Positions 9,552-18,960 of a stretch of DNA of 32,000 nucleotides are shown in pieces. The stretch lies in contig NC_013771.1 in assembly GCF_000025125.1 (NCBI RefSeq), positions 1,411,807 to 1,443,806 on the forward strand, written 5' to 3'. The notes under the pieces were generated by a model. It searched no databases and was not told where the DNA came from. It saw only the letters and a program-made list of their open reading frames with translations. Position numbers and translations under genes: made by a program. The number at the start of each line of letters is the position of its first letter. Position 1 is the first letter of the stretch. Origin of the DNA: Candidatus Atelocyanobacterium thalassa isolate ALOHA. Lineage in GTDB: Bacteria; Cyanobacteriota; Cyanobacteriia; Cyanobacteriales; Microcystaceae.

Positions 9552-11030
9552 ATGTCTATGAAAAACACTTTCCAAACTTCAAATTCTCAATCTTTAGAAT
9601 TTTTACCTAAAATCGGACTACTAACAATGTTTCGATTAGGCTTATTTCAAATGGGTTTAGGAATTATGTCTTTGCTGACTTTAGGTGTAATAAACCGAGT
9701 TATGATTGACGAGTTGAAAGTTATCCCTTGGGTTGCAGCTGTAGCAATTGCTATGTATCAATTTGTAAGTCCTGCAAAAGTTTGGTTCGGACAAATGTCA
9801 GATTCAAGACCAATAAGAGGATACCATAGAACAATTTATATATGGTTTGGAGCAATTTTTTTTACAAGTCTTTCTTATGTGGCACTTCAAGTAGCTTGGG
9901 AGCTTGGTCAAAGTATACAAGATAATGGTTGGGGCTGGACAAGTGATATATGGGCTATCTTGTTGGGATTGGTGTTTGCCTTCTATGGACTAGCTCTTAG
10001 TATGAGTTCAACCCCTTTCGCCGCATTATTAGTAGATGTTTCTGATGATGATAATAGATCTCAATTAATAGGGATAGTATGGTCAATGTTAATGGTGGGT
10101 ATCGTAATTGGAGCTATTATAAGTTCACAATTGTTAAACACTCCTGAAGTTTGTGGACCTGCTTTAATGGCATATGATCCAACTCAAAGCTCTAAGGTAG
10201 TAAATATAGATATTTTACGAAGTACTGTTAATCCTGTTTTTATTATTATGCCAATAATCGTCTTTGGCTTATGTTTAATAGGTACATGGGGAGTAGAATC
10301 AAGCTATTCTAGATTTTCTGTACGTTCAAACCATAGTAAAAGAGAAGATCAAATTACTCTGAAGGAATCTTTAAAAGTTTTAACATCAAGCCGCCAAACC
10401 TTTGTATTTTTCAGTTTTATACTTATACTAACCCTTAGCTTATTTATGCAAGACACCGTCATGGAGCCATATGGGGGAGAAGTATTTGGGATGTGTATTT
10501 CTGAAACAACGAAGTTGAATGCTTTCTTCGGAATTGGTACTCTCCTTGGCATTGGATCGACAGGTTTTTTAATGTTGCCAAAATTAGGTAAAAAACAAAC
10601 TACTAAGATAGGCTGTATATTTTCAATAGTATGTTTTACTCTCATTATCGCTGCGGGTATTATAAGAGATGAAAACTTATTAAAATTCGGGCTACTAGTT
10701 CTAGGATTAGCATCGGGGATTATTACAGCAGGAGCAACTAGTTTGATGTTGGATCTTACAGTTGCAGAAACTGCAGGTACTTTTATAGGAGCTTGGGGAC
10801 TTTCTCAGGCAATGGCTAGAGGTTTCTCCACTGTGTTAGGTGGTGTCGTTCTACATATTGGAAAGTCAATATTTTCGGTCCCAGTTTTTTCTTATAGCCT
10901 TGTATTTTTAATGCAAGGTATTGGGATGTTATTTGCCATTAATATTCTAAAGCATGTTAGTGTCAAAGAGTTCAAAAATGACGCAAAATCAGCAATCTCC
11001 GTTGTTATGGAAGGAGAAATAGAAGGCTGA
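9552..11030 (+). CDS. PucC/LhaA-like BCD-family MFS transporter
   Basis: 492 aa and about 12 TM segments. The N-terminal MFRLGLFQMGLGIMSLLTLGVINRVMIDELKV is the hallmark of the PUCC (bacteriochlorophyll-delivery) family, which is widespread in cyanobacteria. Confidence 0.8.
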   Translation: MSMKNTFQTSNSQSLEFLPKIGLLTMFRLGLFQMGLGIMSLLTLGVINRVMIDELKVIPWVAAVAIAMYQFVSPAKVWFGQMSDSRPIRGYHRTIYIWFGAIFFTSLSYVALQVAWELGQSIQDNGWGWTSDIWAILLGLVFAFYGLALSMSSTPFAALLVDVSDDDNRSQLIGIVWSMLMVGIVIGAIISSQLLNTPEVCGPALMAYDPTQSSKVVNIDILRSTVNPVFIIMPIIVFGLCLIGTWGVESSYSRFSVRSNHSKREDQITLKESLKVLTSSRQTFVFFSFILILTLSLFMQDTVMEPYGGEVFGMCISETTKLNAFFGIGTLLGIGSTGFLMLPKLGKKQTTKIGCIFSIVCFTLIIAAGIIRDENLLKFGLLVLGLASGIITAGATSLMLDLTVAETAGTFIGAWGLSQAMARGFSTVLGGVVLHIGKSIFSVPVFSYSLVFLMQGIGMLFAINILKHVSVKEFKNDAKSAISVVMEGEIEG

Positions 11031-11131
11031 TCTATTACTTGATTCCAAAATTTTACGTCTAGTGAAAGAACAAAAAAATTACCCTATTTCTATTTAAATA
11101 GTAAGTATTATAGAAATCTTCTTTTCATTAT

Positions 11132-12586
11132 TTATCCTCCCATACCCAAGCTTTCTACTAACAAAGAATTTAGAGGCATTAATATTAATAACATTATTGA
11201 TATTGAGATCAAAGCCAATATTGCACGAATATTATTCGGTTCTGTTAATTCATTAAGACTAGGTTTTTCAGTATCTCTTTGTAAAAACAAGATGAACATA
11301 ATCCAATATAAAGGTATGGGGTTAGTAGGATTAAGTATAGTTACAATTCCTAATATAATTAAAGTAATAATAGTAGATTTTCTTACAGTCTCTCTCCCAT
11401 AAATAGATTGAAGAATTCTTCCTCCATCTAGTTGACCTGCAGGCATTAAATTTAATGCAGTAATTATTAACCCTAACCATCCAATAATAAATAAAGGATT
11501 AATATCAATTATTGAATTTTTTAATTGATCACCCAAAATAAATTTCGCTAAGACACTAATTAAGATTGATTTTTGGAATGATTGAGTAGTCATTTGAAGT
11601 AGACTACCGGGATGAGAAAATATCAACCCGCATACCAATAAAACTATAGAGATGATTCCACTAAAAGCTGGCCCAGCAAAAGATATATCAAACAGAGTTT
11701 TTCTGTTTGGTATTAAGGATTCGAAGCGAGTAATTGCACCAAAAGAGCCAATTTCCCAAATTGGCAAAAAGAAAGGCCAGCTTAGTTTAATATTGTAAAA
11801 ACTAGCTACTAAAAGATGACCGATTTCATGAAAGGCTATTATTATCCATAATGCCAAAGTTATTGGAATTACTTCATGAAATCGATTCCAATTATCAAAA
11901 AGATCAAAACCAAGTAAAATACTAGTTTTTTCTAAACTAGTAACAACAGTTGCTAAAAAAAGAACTATGGCTAAGTTTTTCTGTAAAGTAGTCATTGCTT
12001 TATGATTATTCGTATTAGGCAGTACTATGACTACTGGCTTACCTTCGTTCCCCTCTACTAAGAATAAACAATATTTTTCATCAAAATGTGTTCGTAATTT
12101 ACTAGAAAGAAGTTTATATGTTGCATCGGGATCTCCCCTCAAGTTTCCTCTAAATATTATGCCTTCTTCGTATGGAATGCTTTCTGTTGAAAAAAAGGTA
12201 TCAATGCTAAATATATTCTTCATGATTAGTAGATCTTGACTAATAATTAAAGAGCCATTTGCATTTTTGTTACTGTCTAATTTTACCTGTAATAAATCAT
12301 CTTCCTTTAATTTTTCCTCTTGTTTTCTTTTAATTAATTGGCTTATGTATATATATGATAAAGAAGAAGGTAATAGTATTAAGAAAATATTTATTAAACT
12401 GAGTTCAATTTCAAAGAATAGAAAAGCAAAAATAATGATCCAAGGAGATATTAGACTTATTAATCTTAGCCGAGAAAAAAACTTTATTCCTTTAGAAAAA
12501 TTAGTTTGATTATTTATTAAAAAGAAAATTCCTATTGTTATCGTAAGGGAAAAAAAGATTAACGCCTTTTCAGATAAAGTGAGCAT
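11132..12586 (-). CDS. site-2 protease, peptidase M50 (EGY-like zinc metalloprotease)
   Basis: 484 aa polytopic protein with HEIGH (AFHEIGHLLVA) and the second S2P motif LNLMPAGQLDGGRI. Confidence 0.8.
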   Translation of the reverse strand: MLTLSEKALIFFSLTITIGIFFLINNQTNFSKGIKFFSRLRLISLISPWIIIFAFLFFEIELSLINIFLILLPSSLSYIYISQLIKRKQEEKLKEDDLLQVKLDSNKNANGSLIISQDLLIMKNIFSIDTFFSTESIPYEEGIIFRGNLRGDPDATYKLLSSKLRTHFDEKYCLFLVEGNEGKPVVIVLPNTNNHKAMTTLQKNLAIVLFLATVVTSLEKTSILLGFDLFDNWNRFHEVIPITLALWIIIAFHEIGHLLVASFYNIKLSWPFFLPIWEIGSFGAITRFESLIPNRKTLFDISFAGPAFSGIISIVLLVCGLIFSHPGSLLQMTTQSFQKSILISVLAKFILGDQLKNSIIDINPLFIIGWLGLIITALNLMPAGQLDGGRILQSIYGRETVRKSTIITLIILGIVTILNPTNPIPLYWIMFILFLQRDTEKPSLNELTEPNNIRAILALISISIMLLILMPLNSLLVESLGMGG

Positions 12587-12646
12587 AGTTTTAGTTTTTC
12601 TATAATTATCTTAGTAAAAATAAGGAAAGTAATACAGTTAATCTTT

Positions 12647-13573
12647 CTATTTATTTTTTAATTTATCATAATGATTAAGAGCAGATTTAAGATTCCCTTG
12701 GTGAACATCTAAAAGAGATTGACCATCTCTTGGATTGATATCTGTCCAGTAATTTAAGAGTGCTAATTTTACTTTCTTATTATTATGCTCTAGTAATAAA
12801 ATTGCTTTATGACGGTTTAAGTTAGTTAGATCTTGTAAGATTCGCAATGCACGATCATAAAGTTTTGAATTTGTTACTGCAACATCAATCATTCGATTTC
12901 TGTAAACTTTTCCTAATTTTACCATTACTCCAGTTGATATGATATTCAAAGCCATTTTAGTCGCAGTCCCTGCTTTTAAGCGAGTTGATCCTGCTAATAT
13001 TTCAGGACCAGTTAGCAATCGGATATCAATATCAACATCTATTGAAACTTGTTCTATTGGTACACAGGCAATAGCAACTGTATGCGCAAATCTTTGTTTT
13101 GAAGCACTTAAAGCTCCGTGAACAAAAGGAGTTGTCCCACCAGCACTAATTCCCACAACTATATCTTTACTTGTTATTCCCCGCTTTATAATTTCTTTTT
13201 CTCCTTCCTGAAAACTATCTTCTAAATTTTCTGAACTTTTTATTAATGCAGAATCTCCACCTGCCATAATACCTTGTACTAATGTTGGGCTAGTGCAAAA
13301 AGTTGGAGGACACTCTACTGCATCCAAAACCCCCAATCTTCCGCTTGTGCCTGCTCCAATGTAGAATAACTTTCCCCCATTTTTTAGTGCTTGGCTTATA
13401 ACATCAATGGATTTAGCTAATTCTAATCTTGCCTTATTAATAGATTTAATTGTATTAGTATCTTCTTCATTAAAAAGATCCACTAATTCTATAGAGGTTA
13501 ATTGATCTAAATTTTCACTTTTGGGATTAATTTGCTCAGTTAGGAGATTTCCCCTTTCTTTTATATTTTCCAT
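12647..13573 (-). CDS. murQ: N-acetylmuramic acid 6-phosphate etherase
   Basis: 308 aa. It has a SIS domain with GAGTSGRLGVLDAVECPPTF and the ...STRLKAGTATKM.LN block typical of MurQ. Confidence 0.9.
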   Translation of the reverse strand: MENIKERGNLLTEQINPKSENLDQLTSIELVDLFNEEDTNTIKSINKARLELAKSIDVISQALKNGGKLFYIGAGTSGRLGVLDAVECPPTFCTSPTLVQGIMAGGDSALIKSSENLEDSFQEGEKEIIKRGITSKDIVVGISAGGTTPFVHGALSASKQRFAHTVAIACVPIEQVSIDVDIDIRLLTGPEILAGSTRLKAGTATKMALNIISTGVMVKLGKVYRNRMIDVAVTNSKLYDRALRILQDLTNLNRHKAILLLEHNNKKVKLALLNYWTDINPRDGQSLLDVHQGNLKSALNHYDKLKNK

Positions 13574-13578
13574 ATGGT

Positions 13579-13962
13579 TTATAATAACCCTTCTAGTTTA
13601 TTACGCATCATGTCCATTTCTTCAGTAGACATTTGCACTTCATCAGTAACAATTTTTAAATCTTCCTCATTCTTCCATGAAAACTTCTCTACGTTTTTTT
13701 CAGGTGGAATAGCAAGTTCCTCATTGGAAATAATTTCCCAATCATAATCAGCTTGTTTGCAAAATTCTTTTATCTCATCTGAATCAAAAGATTCAATTGT
13801 TGGTACTGGAAAATCTTGAGCCTCTAAAAGTAAAGAATAGCGCATAGCATCATCCTCAGATTCAAACATTAGTATCTTATTGCGATCACCTATTTGTACT
13901 GTATGAATAGCCTCATTTTCAGTACGTATATTAAAAAGCAAGGCATACACTTTACTCATCAT
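13579..13962 (-). CDS. conserved cyanobacterial/plastid-lineage acidic protein (DUF3110-like)
   Basis: 127 aa. The pattern VYALLFN..TENEAIHT......N.ILMFE.EDDA.RY..LLEAQDF resembles my recollection of DUF3110. Its stop lies 5 nt before the murQ start, so it is probably co-transcribed. The start could be either of two adjacent ATGs (13962 or 13959). Confidence 0.5.
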   Translation of the reverse strand: MMSKVYALLFNIRTENEAIHTVQIGDRNKILMFESEDDAMRYSLLLEAQDFPVPTIESFDSDEIKEFCKQADYDWEIISNEELAIPPEKNVEKFSWKNEEDLKIVTDEVQMSTEEMDMMRNKLEGLL

Positions 13963-13999
13963 TTTTCCCCAATTATGTAGTAATAATACTATTTAAATG

Positions 14000-14039
14000 T
14001 TTTTAACTGAAGTTAGTCATTTTTAACTGAAATTAGTTA
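14000..14039. repeat. Tandem 20-bp direct repeat (2 copies, 18/20 identical)
   Basis: TTTTTAACTGAAGTTAGTCA (14000-14019) and TTTTTAACTGAAATTAGTTA (14020-14039), 38-77 nt upstream of the DUF3110-murQ start. Confidence 0.85.
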
Positions 14040-14102
14040 TGTGATATGTAGATGTTAATAACAATATAAATTAATTTATACATAATAGCTTTTTGTCCTA
14101 CA

Positions 14103-14141
14103 AACTAATTTAATTTTGCTGCAATCTCCATTAAATTAGTT
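14103..14141. promoter_or_regulatory. Perfect 12-bp inverted repeat with 15-nt spacer
   Basis: AACTAATTTAAT (14103-14114), TTTGCTGCAATCTCC, ATTAAATTAGTT (14130-14141), followed by ATTTTTAAA. It shares the core AATTAGTT with the tandem repeat at 14000-14039. Confidence 0.5.
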
Positions 14142-14387
14142 ATTTTTAAACATATACCTGAATAATTATAAAATAATTATGTAATTGTAAACTTTGAACA
14201 GATTTAATAAGTTACTGTTAGTATAGTAATAAGTAAGGTACATGGGCAGAGAGAACGTTTTAGATAGCCATCAAGTGTGGTGTGAGGTAGTTGAAGTCCT
14301 GTAAACTGAATAGTTTATTTAGGGCAAACTAAGCAAAAATAGCAGTTTGTTTTTAAGCACTGCTCCTTACACTTTTTGGAGATCAAA

Positions 14388-15101
14388 ATGGTTAATATTT
14401 CAACAAAGTTCATTGCTTTCGGTACATTGGTTACTGTTGGTGTATTTAGTTCAGTTTCCGAAGTACAAGCTCAGCATTTCAAGTATCCAGAAACCAGAAT
14501 GATTGGTGAAGGATCTTCTTCTACAGTTGAATGGAGTAGCAATCCTGGTCCTCGTGCTTTTGAACGTAAAATTCAAAAAGTAGCTTTTGAATGTATTCCC
14601 CAAGCTGATGGATCATATATTACTGAAGAAAAGGTAGTAGAGATTACATTTAATCCTGCTAAATATCCTGTGTATGCAGAAAATGATCTTTCCTCTCAGT
14701 ATGTTGCTTTTGGAGAGCTAACTGGAATGCCTATGATTCAATGGACAGAAAATCGTCCCTCTAATCATAAGGATGGACTGTACACTGCTGAAAGCAGATG
14801 TCAAGCTGTCAGTTCACGCTTAACGAATCTTGCTTATTCTTTTGGTGCAACCACACCTGTTGAAGTTGCTCAGGAATTCAATAGCAGAATGGCTGTTGGT
14901 AAAGTTAATGGAGAACGAGTGATCTTCATTTCTAATAAACCCCAAAAAGCTGCTACTGAAAATGTAGTTTTTACACTAAAACCTCAAAACGGAAGTACAT
15001 TTGCTGCTTCACAGAGAGCTTTGGCTCAATTTCAAAATTCCATATCAGGAAGTATTGGTGGTTCAGGTAACCCCAATGAATTACCTCCTATCGTAGAGTA
15101 A
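14388..15101 (+). CDS. secreted COP23-like protein (circadian oscillating polypeptide family)
   Basis: I prefer ATG 14388 (GGAG at 14379-14382) over the tracked TTG at 14376. It has the signal peptide MVNISTKFIAFGTLVTVGVFSSVSEVQA. The blocks FECIP...MPMIQWTE...YTAESRCQAVSSRLTNL and NGERVIFIS...VVFTLKP resemble my recollection of the COP23 domain (F.C...I.W.S...YTP..RC..VS.RF). Confidence 0.5.
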   Translation: MVNISTKFIAFGTLVTVGVFSSVSEVQAQHFKYPETRMIGEGSSSTVEWSSNPGPRAFERKIQKVAFECIPQADGSYITEEKVVEITFNPAKYPVYAENDLSSQYVAFGELTGMPMIQWTENRPSNHKDGLYTAESRCQAVSSRLTNLAYSFGATTPVEVAQEFNSRMAVGKVNGERVIFISNKPQKAATENVVFTLKPQNGSTFAASQRALAQFQNSISGSIGGSGNPNELPPIVE

Positions 15102-15143
15102 TTCTTTGAAGGAAAATAATTAAATATCACTTTCCTTTTTATC

Positions 15144-15178
15144 ATCTAGAGAGTTTTTATTATGTAAACTCTCTAGAT
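15144..15178 (+). terminator. Rho-independent terminator after the COP23-like gene
   Basis: ATCTAGAGAGTTT (15144-15156), 9-nt loop, AAACTCTCTAGAT (15166-15178), followed by TTT. The 13-bp stem is perfect. Confidence 0.75.
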
Positions 15179-15320
15179 TTTAGTATTTAATAAACAATAT
15201 AGTGTAAAAAATTAAAAAAGTATTCTCAAATAATATTAATTAATTATAAATGTGATGTTTTATGGATAAGCCTACATTAGAATGATTTTTAATTAATATT
15301 ATTTATATAGAAAAATCTTT

Positions 15321-16760
15321 ATGAAAATTTTTGTGCCTAATAAGTTAAATTCTCCTTTTCGATGGATTTTAATCACAATAACAGGAGGAATTATTTTTAT
15401 TGGAGGATTAACCTACAAAATTACTAAAACTTCTACTTTAAAAAATAATCTTAATAACATATCCAGTACTGCGCAAAGAGAAAATCTGATTATTAATATA
15501 AAAGCTAATGGTGTATTGGAACCTGTAGAAAGTATTGATATAGGTCCTAAATATCCAGGGAGATTAGTTCAATTAGTTACTAAACAAGGAGAAAAAGTTA
15601 AGCAAGGACAGATTCTAGCATTCATGGAACGTGCAGAAATCAGAACTGAAGGGAAAATAGCTGACGCCAAATATAATCAATCTTTGGCTGAAATGGAAGC
15701 AGCTAGAATACGTATTCCTAGTGAAATTCAGCAAGCACAAGCTCAATTTATTAAAGCAGAAGCTAGATTAGAAGAAATTAAAACTAAATTAGAGCAAGCT
15801 AGTAAAAGAAGTCCGAAAAAAATTGAGGAACTAAAAAAAGAGTTGGTTTTGTCTCAGTCTAATTTGCAATTAGCAACTTCAAAAATGAAACGAGGCGAAG
15901 AACTATTGCAAGAAGGTATTGTAAATCAAAATGATTTTGACAAGCTGGTGAATGATTACCACAAAGCCACAACAATTTTTTTAAAGAATAAAACATTTTT
16001 AAAACAAATTACCAATTCACAAAATTTAGAAATTAATCAGTTAAGACAAAAAGTTTTACAATCTAAAGCAGAAGTTACTGAAGCAAAAATCATTGTTGAC
16101 GAGCGTAAAAAAATCGCTAAAAATGAGTTTTCTCGTCTAGAATCTTTGATTAATCTATCTAAAGCTCAATTAGAACAAGTTGTAATTAAGTTTGAAGATA
16201 CTGCCATTCGATCTCCTTATGATGGTCTTGTGGTAAAACAGTATGCTAAACCAGGTGAATTTATTAACCCGATTTCAGCTTCTCTAAACTCAGTTATTTC
16301 TTTGGCAAAAGGGTTAAAAGTAATTGCAGAGATTCCAGAAATTGATATTAATAAAGTACAAGAGAATCAGCTTGTAACTATTACCTCTGATGTTTATCCT
16401 GGAGAATTATTTCAGGGCAAAGTTACTAGGATTTTTTCAAAACACATACCAGCAGATAATGTAAAGGTATTTAAAGTTTCAATTCAATTAATTACTGGAC
16501 AAAATAAATTATCTCCTGAAACAGGATTAAAAATAGCTTTCTTAGAAAAAAGAATACCTAATGCTTTAACTATCCCAAATAATACAATCATAACTAAAGA
16601 GGGAAAAGTAGGTGTTTTACTTATAAACGAGTTTAACAAGCCTGAATTTCAGTCAGTTGTTTTAGGTAAGATTTTAAACAATAAAACTCAAATACTTTCT
16701 GGATTGAATCCAGAAGATATATTATTGGTAAATTCTTTCAAGCAAGTCAATAATATCTAG
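15321..16760 (+). CDS. HlyD/MacA/DevB-type periplasmic adaptor (membrane fusion protein)
   Basis: 479 aa. It has an N-terminal TM anchor, a lipoyl-like half (GRLVQLVTKQGEKVKQGQILAFM), a long coiled coil of about 170 aa, a second half (IRSPYDGLVVKQYAKPGEFI), then beta-barrel and MP domains. Confidence 0.8.
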   Translation: MKIFVPNKLNSPFRWILITITGGIIFIGGLTYKITKTSTLKNNLNNISSTAQRENLIINIKANGVLEPVESIDIGPKYPGRLVQLVTKQGEKVKQGQILAFMERAEIRTEGKIADAKYNQSLAEMEAARIRIPSEIQQAQAQFIKAEARLEEIKTKLEQASKRSPKKIEELKKELVLSQSNLQLATSKMKRGEELLQEGIVNQNDFDKLVNDYHKATTIFLKNKTFLKQITNSQNLEINQLRQKVLQSKAEVTEAKIIVDERKKIAKNEFSRLESLINLSKAQLEQVVIKFEDTAIRSPYDGLVVKQYAKPGEFINPISASLNSVISLAKGLKVIAEIPEIDINKVQENQLVTITSDVYPGELFQGKVTRIFSKHIPADNVKVFKVSIQLITGQNKLSPETGLKIAFLEKRIPNALTIPNNTIITKEGKVGVLLINEFNKPEFQSVVLGKILNNKTQILSGLNPEDILLVNSFKQVNNI

Positions 16761-16959
16761 ACAATAATGATTATCTTTTTTCTAAAATGTATAAGATAAA
16801 TCTAAAAATCCTTTACACCCACCAAGTTAGGTTCGGAAAACTACACTATCCTAGATCCCCTAAATCCCGTCACCATATGTATAAGTAATTGATATTAAAG
16901 AAGACTTATTTTTAATAGTTTCAGTTAAATATCAGCTTTGAATAAAATTTATAGAAATT

Positions 16960-16965
16960 AAGGAG
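16960..16965 (+). promoter_or_regulatory. Shine-Dalgarno of dnaK (AAGGAG)
   Basis: AAGGAGTCAAAAT-ATG, a 7-nt spacer. Confidence 0.6.
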
Positions 16966-16972
16966 TCAAAAT

Positions 16973-18889
16973 ATGGGAAAAGTTGTTGGAATCGATTTAG
17001 GAACTACTAATTCTTGTGTAGCAGTAATGGAAGGCGGAAAACCAACTGTTATCGCTAATGCAGAAGGATTTCGTACCACTCCATCTGTTGTTGCTTATAC
17101 AAAAGCCGGTGATCGTTTAGTAGGTCAAATTGCTAAACGTCAAGCAGTAATGAATCCAGAAAATACATTTTACTCGGTTAAACGCTTCATAGGTCGGAAA
17201 CATGATGAAGTAGGTTCAGGCTCTAGCGACATATCATATGACATTGTAAAAGATGGAAATGGTAATGTTAAATTAGAATGTTCTGCTCAAGGCAAACAAT
17301 TCTCTGCTGAAGAAATATCGGCTCAAGTTTTACGTAAATTAGTTGACGATGCAAGTAAGTACCTTGGAGAAAAAGTAACTGAAGCAGTAATTACTGTTCC
17401 TGCTTATTTTAATGATTCCCAGCGGCAAGCAACAAAAGACGCAGGAAAAATTGCTGGCATTGAAGTCAAACGTATTATCAATGAACCTACAGCTGCATCT
17501 CTAGCTTATGGCTTAGATAAGAAAAGTAATGAAACTATTTTAGTTTTTGATTTAGGTGGTGGAACTTTTGATGTATCTGTTCTAGAAGTAGGAGATGGTG
17601 TTTTTGAAGTACTATCTACCTCTGGTGATACTCATTTGGGAGGAGATGATTTTGACAAAAAAATTGTTGATCATTTAGCTAGTACATTTCAAAAGAATGA
17701 AGGTATTGATCTTCGTAAAGATAAACAAGCTCTACAACGATTAACAGAAGCAGCAGAAAAAGCTAAGATCGAGTTATCTGGAGTTACTCAAAGTGAGATT
17801 AATCTTCCTTTCATCACAGCTACTCAGGAAGGCCCAAAACATCTTGACATGACTTTAACAAGAGCACAATTCGAAGAATTTTGCTCTGATCTTATAGATC
17901 GTTCTCGTACTCCTGTAGAGAAAGCAATGAAAGATGCAAAACTAACTAAAGAAGATATTCATGAAGTAGTTTTAGTTGGAGGTTCTACACGTATTCCTGC
18001 AGTACAAGAACTGGTTAAAAAAATATTAGGGAAAGATCCTAACAAAGGAGTTAACCCTGATGAAGTCGTAGCTATGGGAGCTGCTATTCAAGGAGGAGTT
18101 CTAGCAGGGGAAGTTAAAGATATTTTACTTCTTGATGTTACTCCACTTTCACTTGGAGTAGAAACTTTAGGTGGTGTTATGACAAAAATTATTCCTCGGA
18201 ATACTACTATTCCAACAAAAAAATCCGAGGTTTTTTCCACTGCAGTTGATAGTCAAAGTAATGTAGAAATTCATGTACTCCAAGGAGAACGTGAAATGGC
18301 CAAGGATAATAAAGATTTAGGTCTGTTTCGCTTAGATGGTATTCCTCCAGCACCTCGTGGCGTTCCTCAAATTGAAGTAACTTTCGATATTGATGCGAAT
18401 GGTATCCTTAACGTAACAGCTAAAGATAAAGGAACTGGTAAAGAACAGTCTATTAGTATTACTGGAGCTTCCACTTTACCGGATAAAGAAGTTGATAGAA
18501 TGGTAAAAGAGGCTGAAGAAAATGCAAATGAAGATAAAGAACGTAGAGAAAAAATTGATCGCAAAAACCAGGCCGATTCATTAGTTTATCAAGCAGATAA
18601 GCAACTTAAAGAGCTAGAAGATAAAGTATCAACTGATGATAAATCTAAAGCTGAAGATTTAATTAAACAGTTAAAAGAAGCGATTGCTGAAGATAATGAT
18701 GATAATATAAAGTCATTAACTGAAGAATTACAACAACTTCTTTACAGTATTGGTACTAGTGTTTATCAACAATCAGAGTCAAATACAGATACTCCAGATT
18801 CTGATGATGCTTCTAACCCAAGTTCAGAGGATGATGCTTCTGGTACTAATGATGATGTAATAGATGCTGAGTTCTCAGAGTCTAAATAG
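16973..18889 (+). CDS. dnaK: molecular chaperone DnaK (Hsp70)
   Basis: 638 aa. It has [19 protein letters not shown] and [10 protein letters not shown], plus an acidic C-terminal tail ending [12 protein letters not shown]. Confidence 0.97.
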   Translation: MGKVVGIDLGTTNSCVAVMEGGKPTVIANAEGFRTTPSVVAYTKAGDRLVGQIAKRQAVMNPENTFYSVKRFIGRKHDEVGSGSSDISYDIVKDGNGNVKLECSAQGKQFSAEEISAQVLRKLVDDASKYLGEKVTEAVITVPAYFNDSQRQATKDAGKIAGIEVKRIINEPTAASLAYGLDKKSNETILVFDLGGGTFDVSVLEVGDGVFEVLSTSGDTHLGGDDFDKKIVDHLASTFQKNEGIDLRKDKQALQRLTEAAEKAKIELSGVTQSEINLPFITATQEGPKHLDMTLTRAQFEEFCSDLIDRSRTPVEKAMKDAKLTKEDIHEVVLVGGSTRIPAVQELVKKILGKDPNKGVNPDEVVAMGAAIQGGVLAGEVKDILLLDVTPLSLGVETLGGVMTKIIPRNTTIPTKKSEVFSTAVDSQSNVEIHVLQGEREMAKDNKDLGLFRLDGIPPAPRGVPQIEVTFDIDANGILNVTAKDKGTGKEQSISITGASTLPDKEVDRMVKEAEENANEDKERREKIDRKNQADSLVYQADKQLKELEDKVSTDDKSKAEDLIKQLKEAIAEDNDDNIKSLTEELQQLLYSIGTSVYQQSESNTDTPDSDDASNPSSEDDASGTNDDVIDAEFSESK

Positions 18890-18960
18890 TTCTAAAATAT
18901 TTGCAACTGTGAACTAATAAAAATTTACGATCAACTTGGTAAATTTCTGATAATTTTATT

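Noticed and set aside
14280-14287. Minus-strand CCUCACAC resembling the conserved Yfr1 sRNA core (ACUCCUCACAC)
   Set aside because: Only 8 nt match. I could not find the two flanking stem-loops or a terminator on the minus strand.
14376-14387. TTG start (MEIKM...) given by the ORF track for the COP23-like gene
   Set aside because: ATG 14388 sits 5 nt after GGAG (14379-14382) and yields a normal signal peptide. The TTG would place the SD inside the coding region.
16830-16836. GGTTCGG in a GC-richer patch upstream of dnaK, looked at as a tRNA T-loop; the same spacer was also checked for a CIRCE element
   Set aside because: No complementary T-stem, acceptor stem or anticodon arm can be drawn. 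No TTAGCACTC-N9-GAGTGCTAA-like inverted repeat is present.
18790-18850. Direct repeat GATGATGCTTCT (x2) at the 3' end of dnaK
   Set aside because: It simply encodes the low-complexity acidic tail (DDAS...DDAS) common in DnaK C-termini and is not a separate element.
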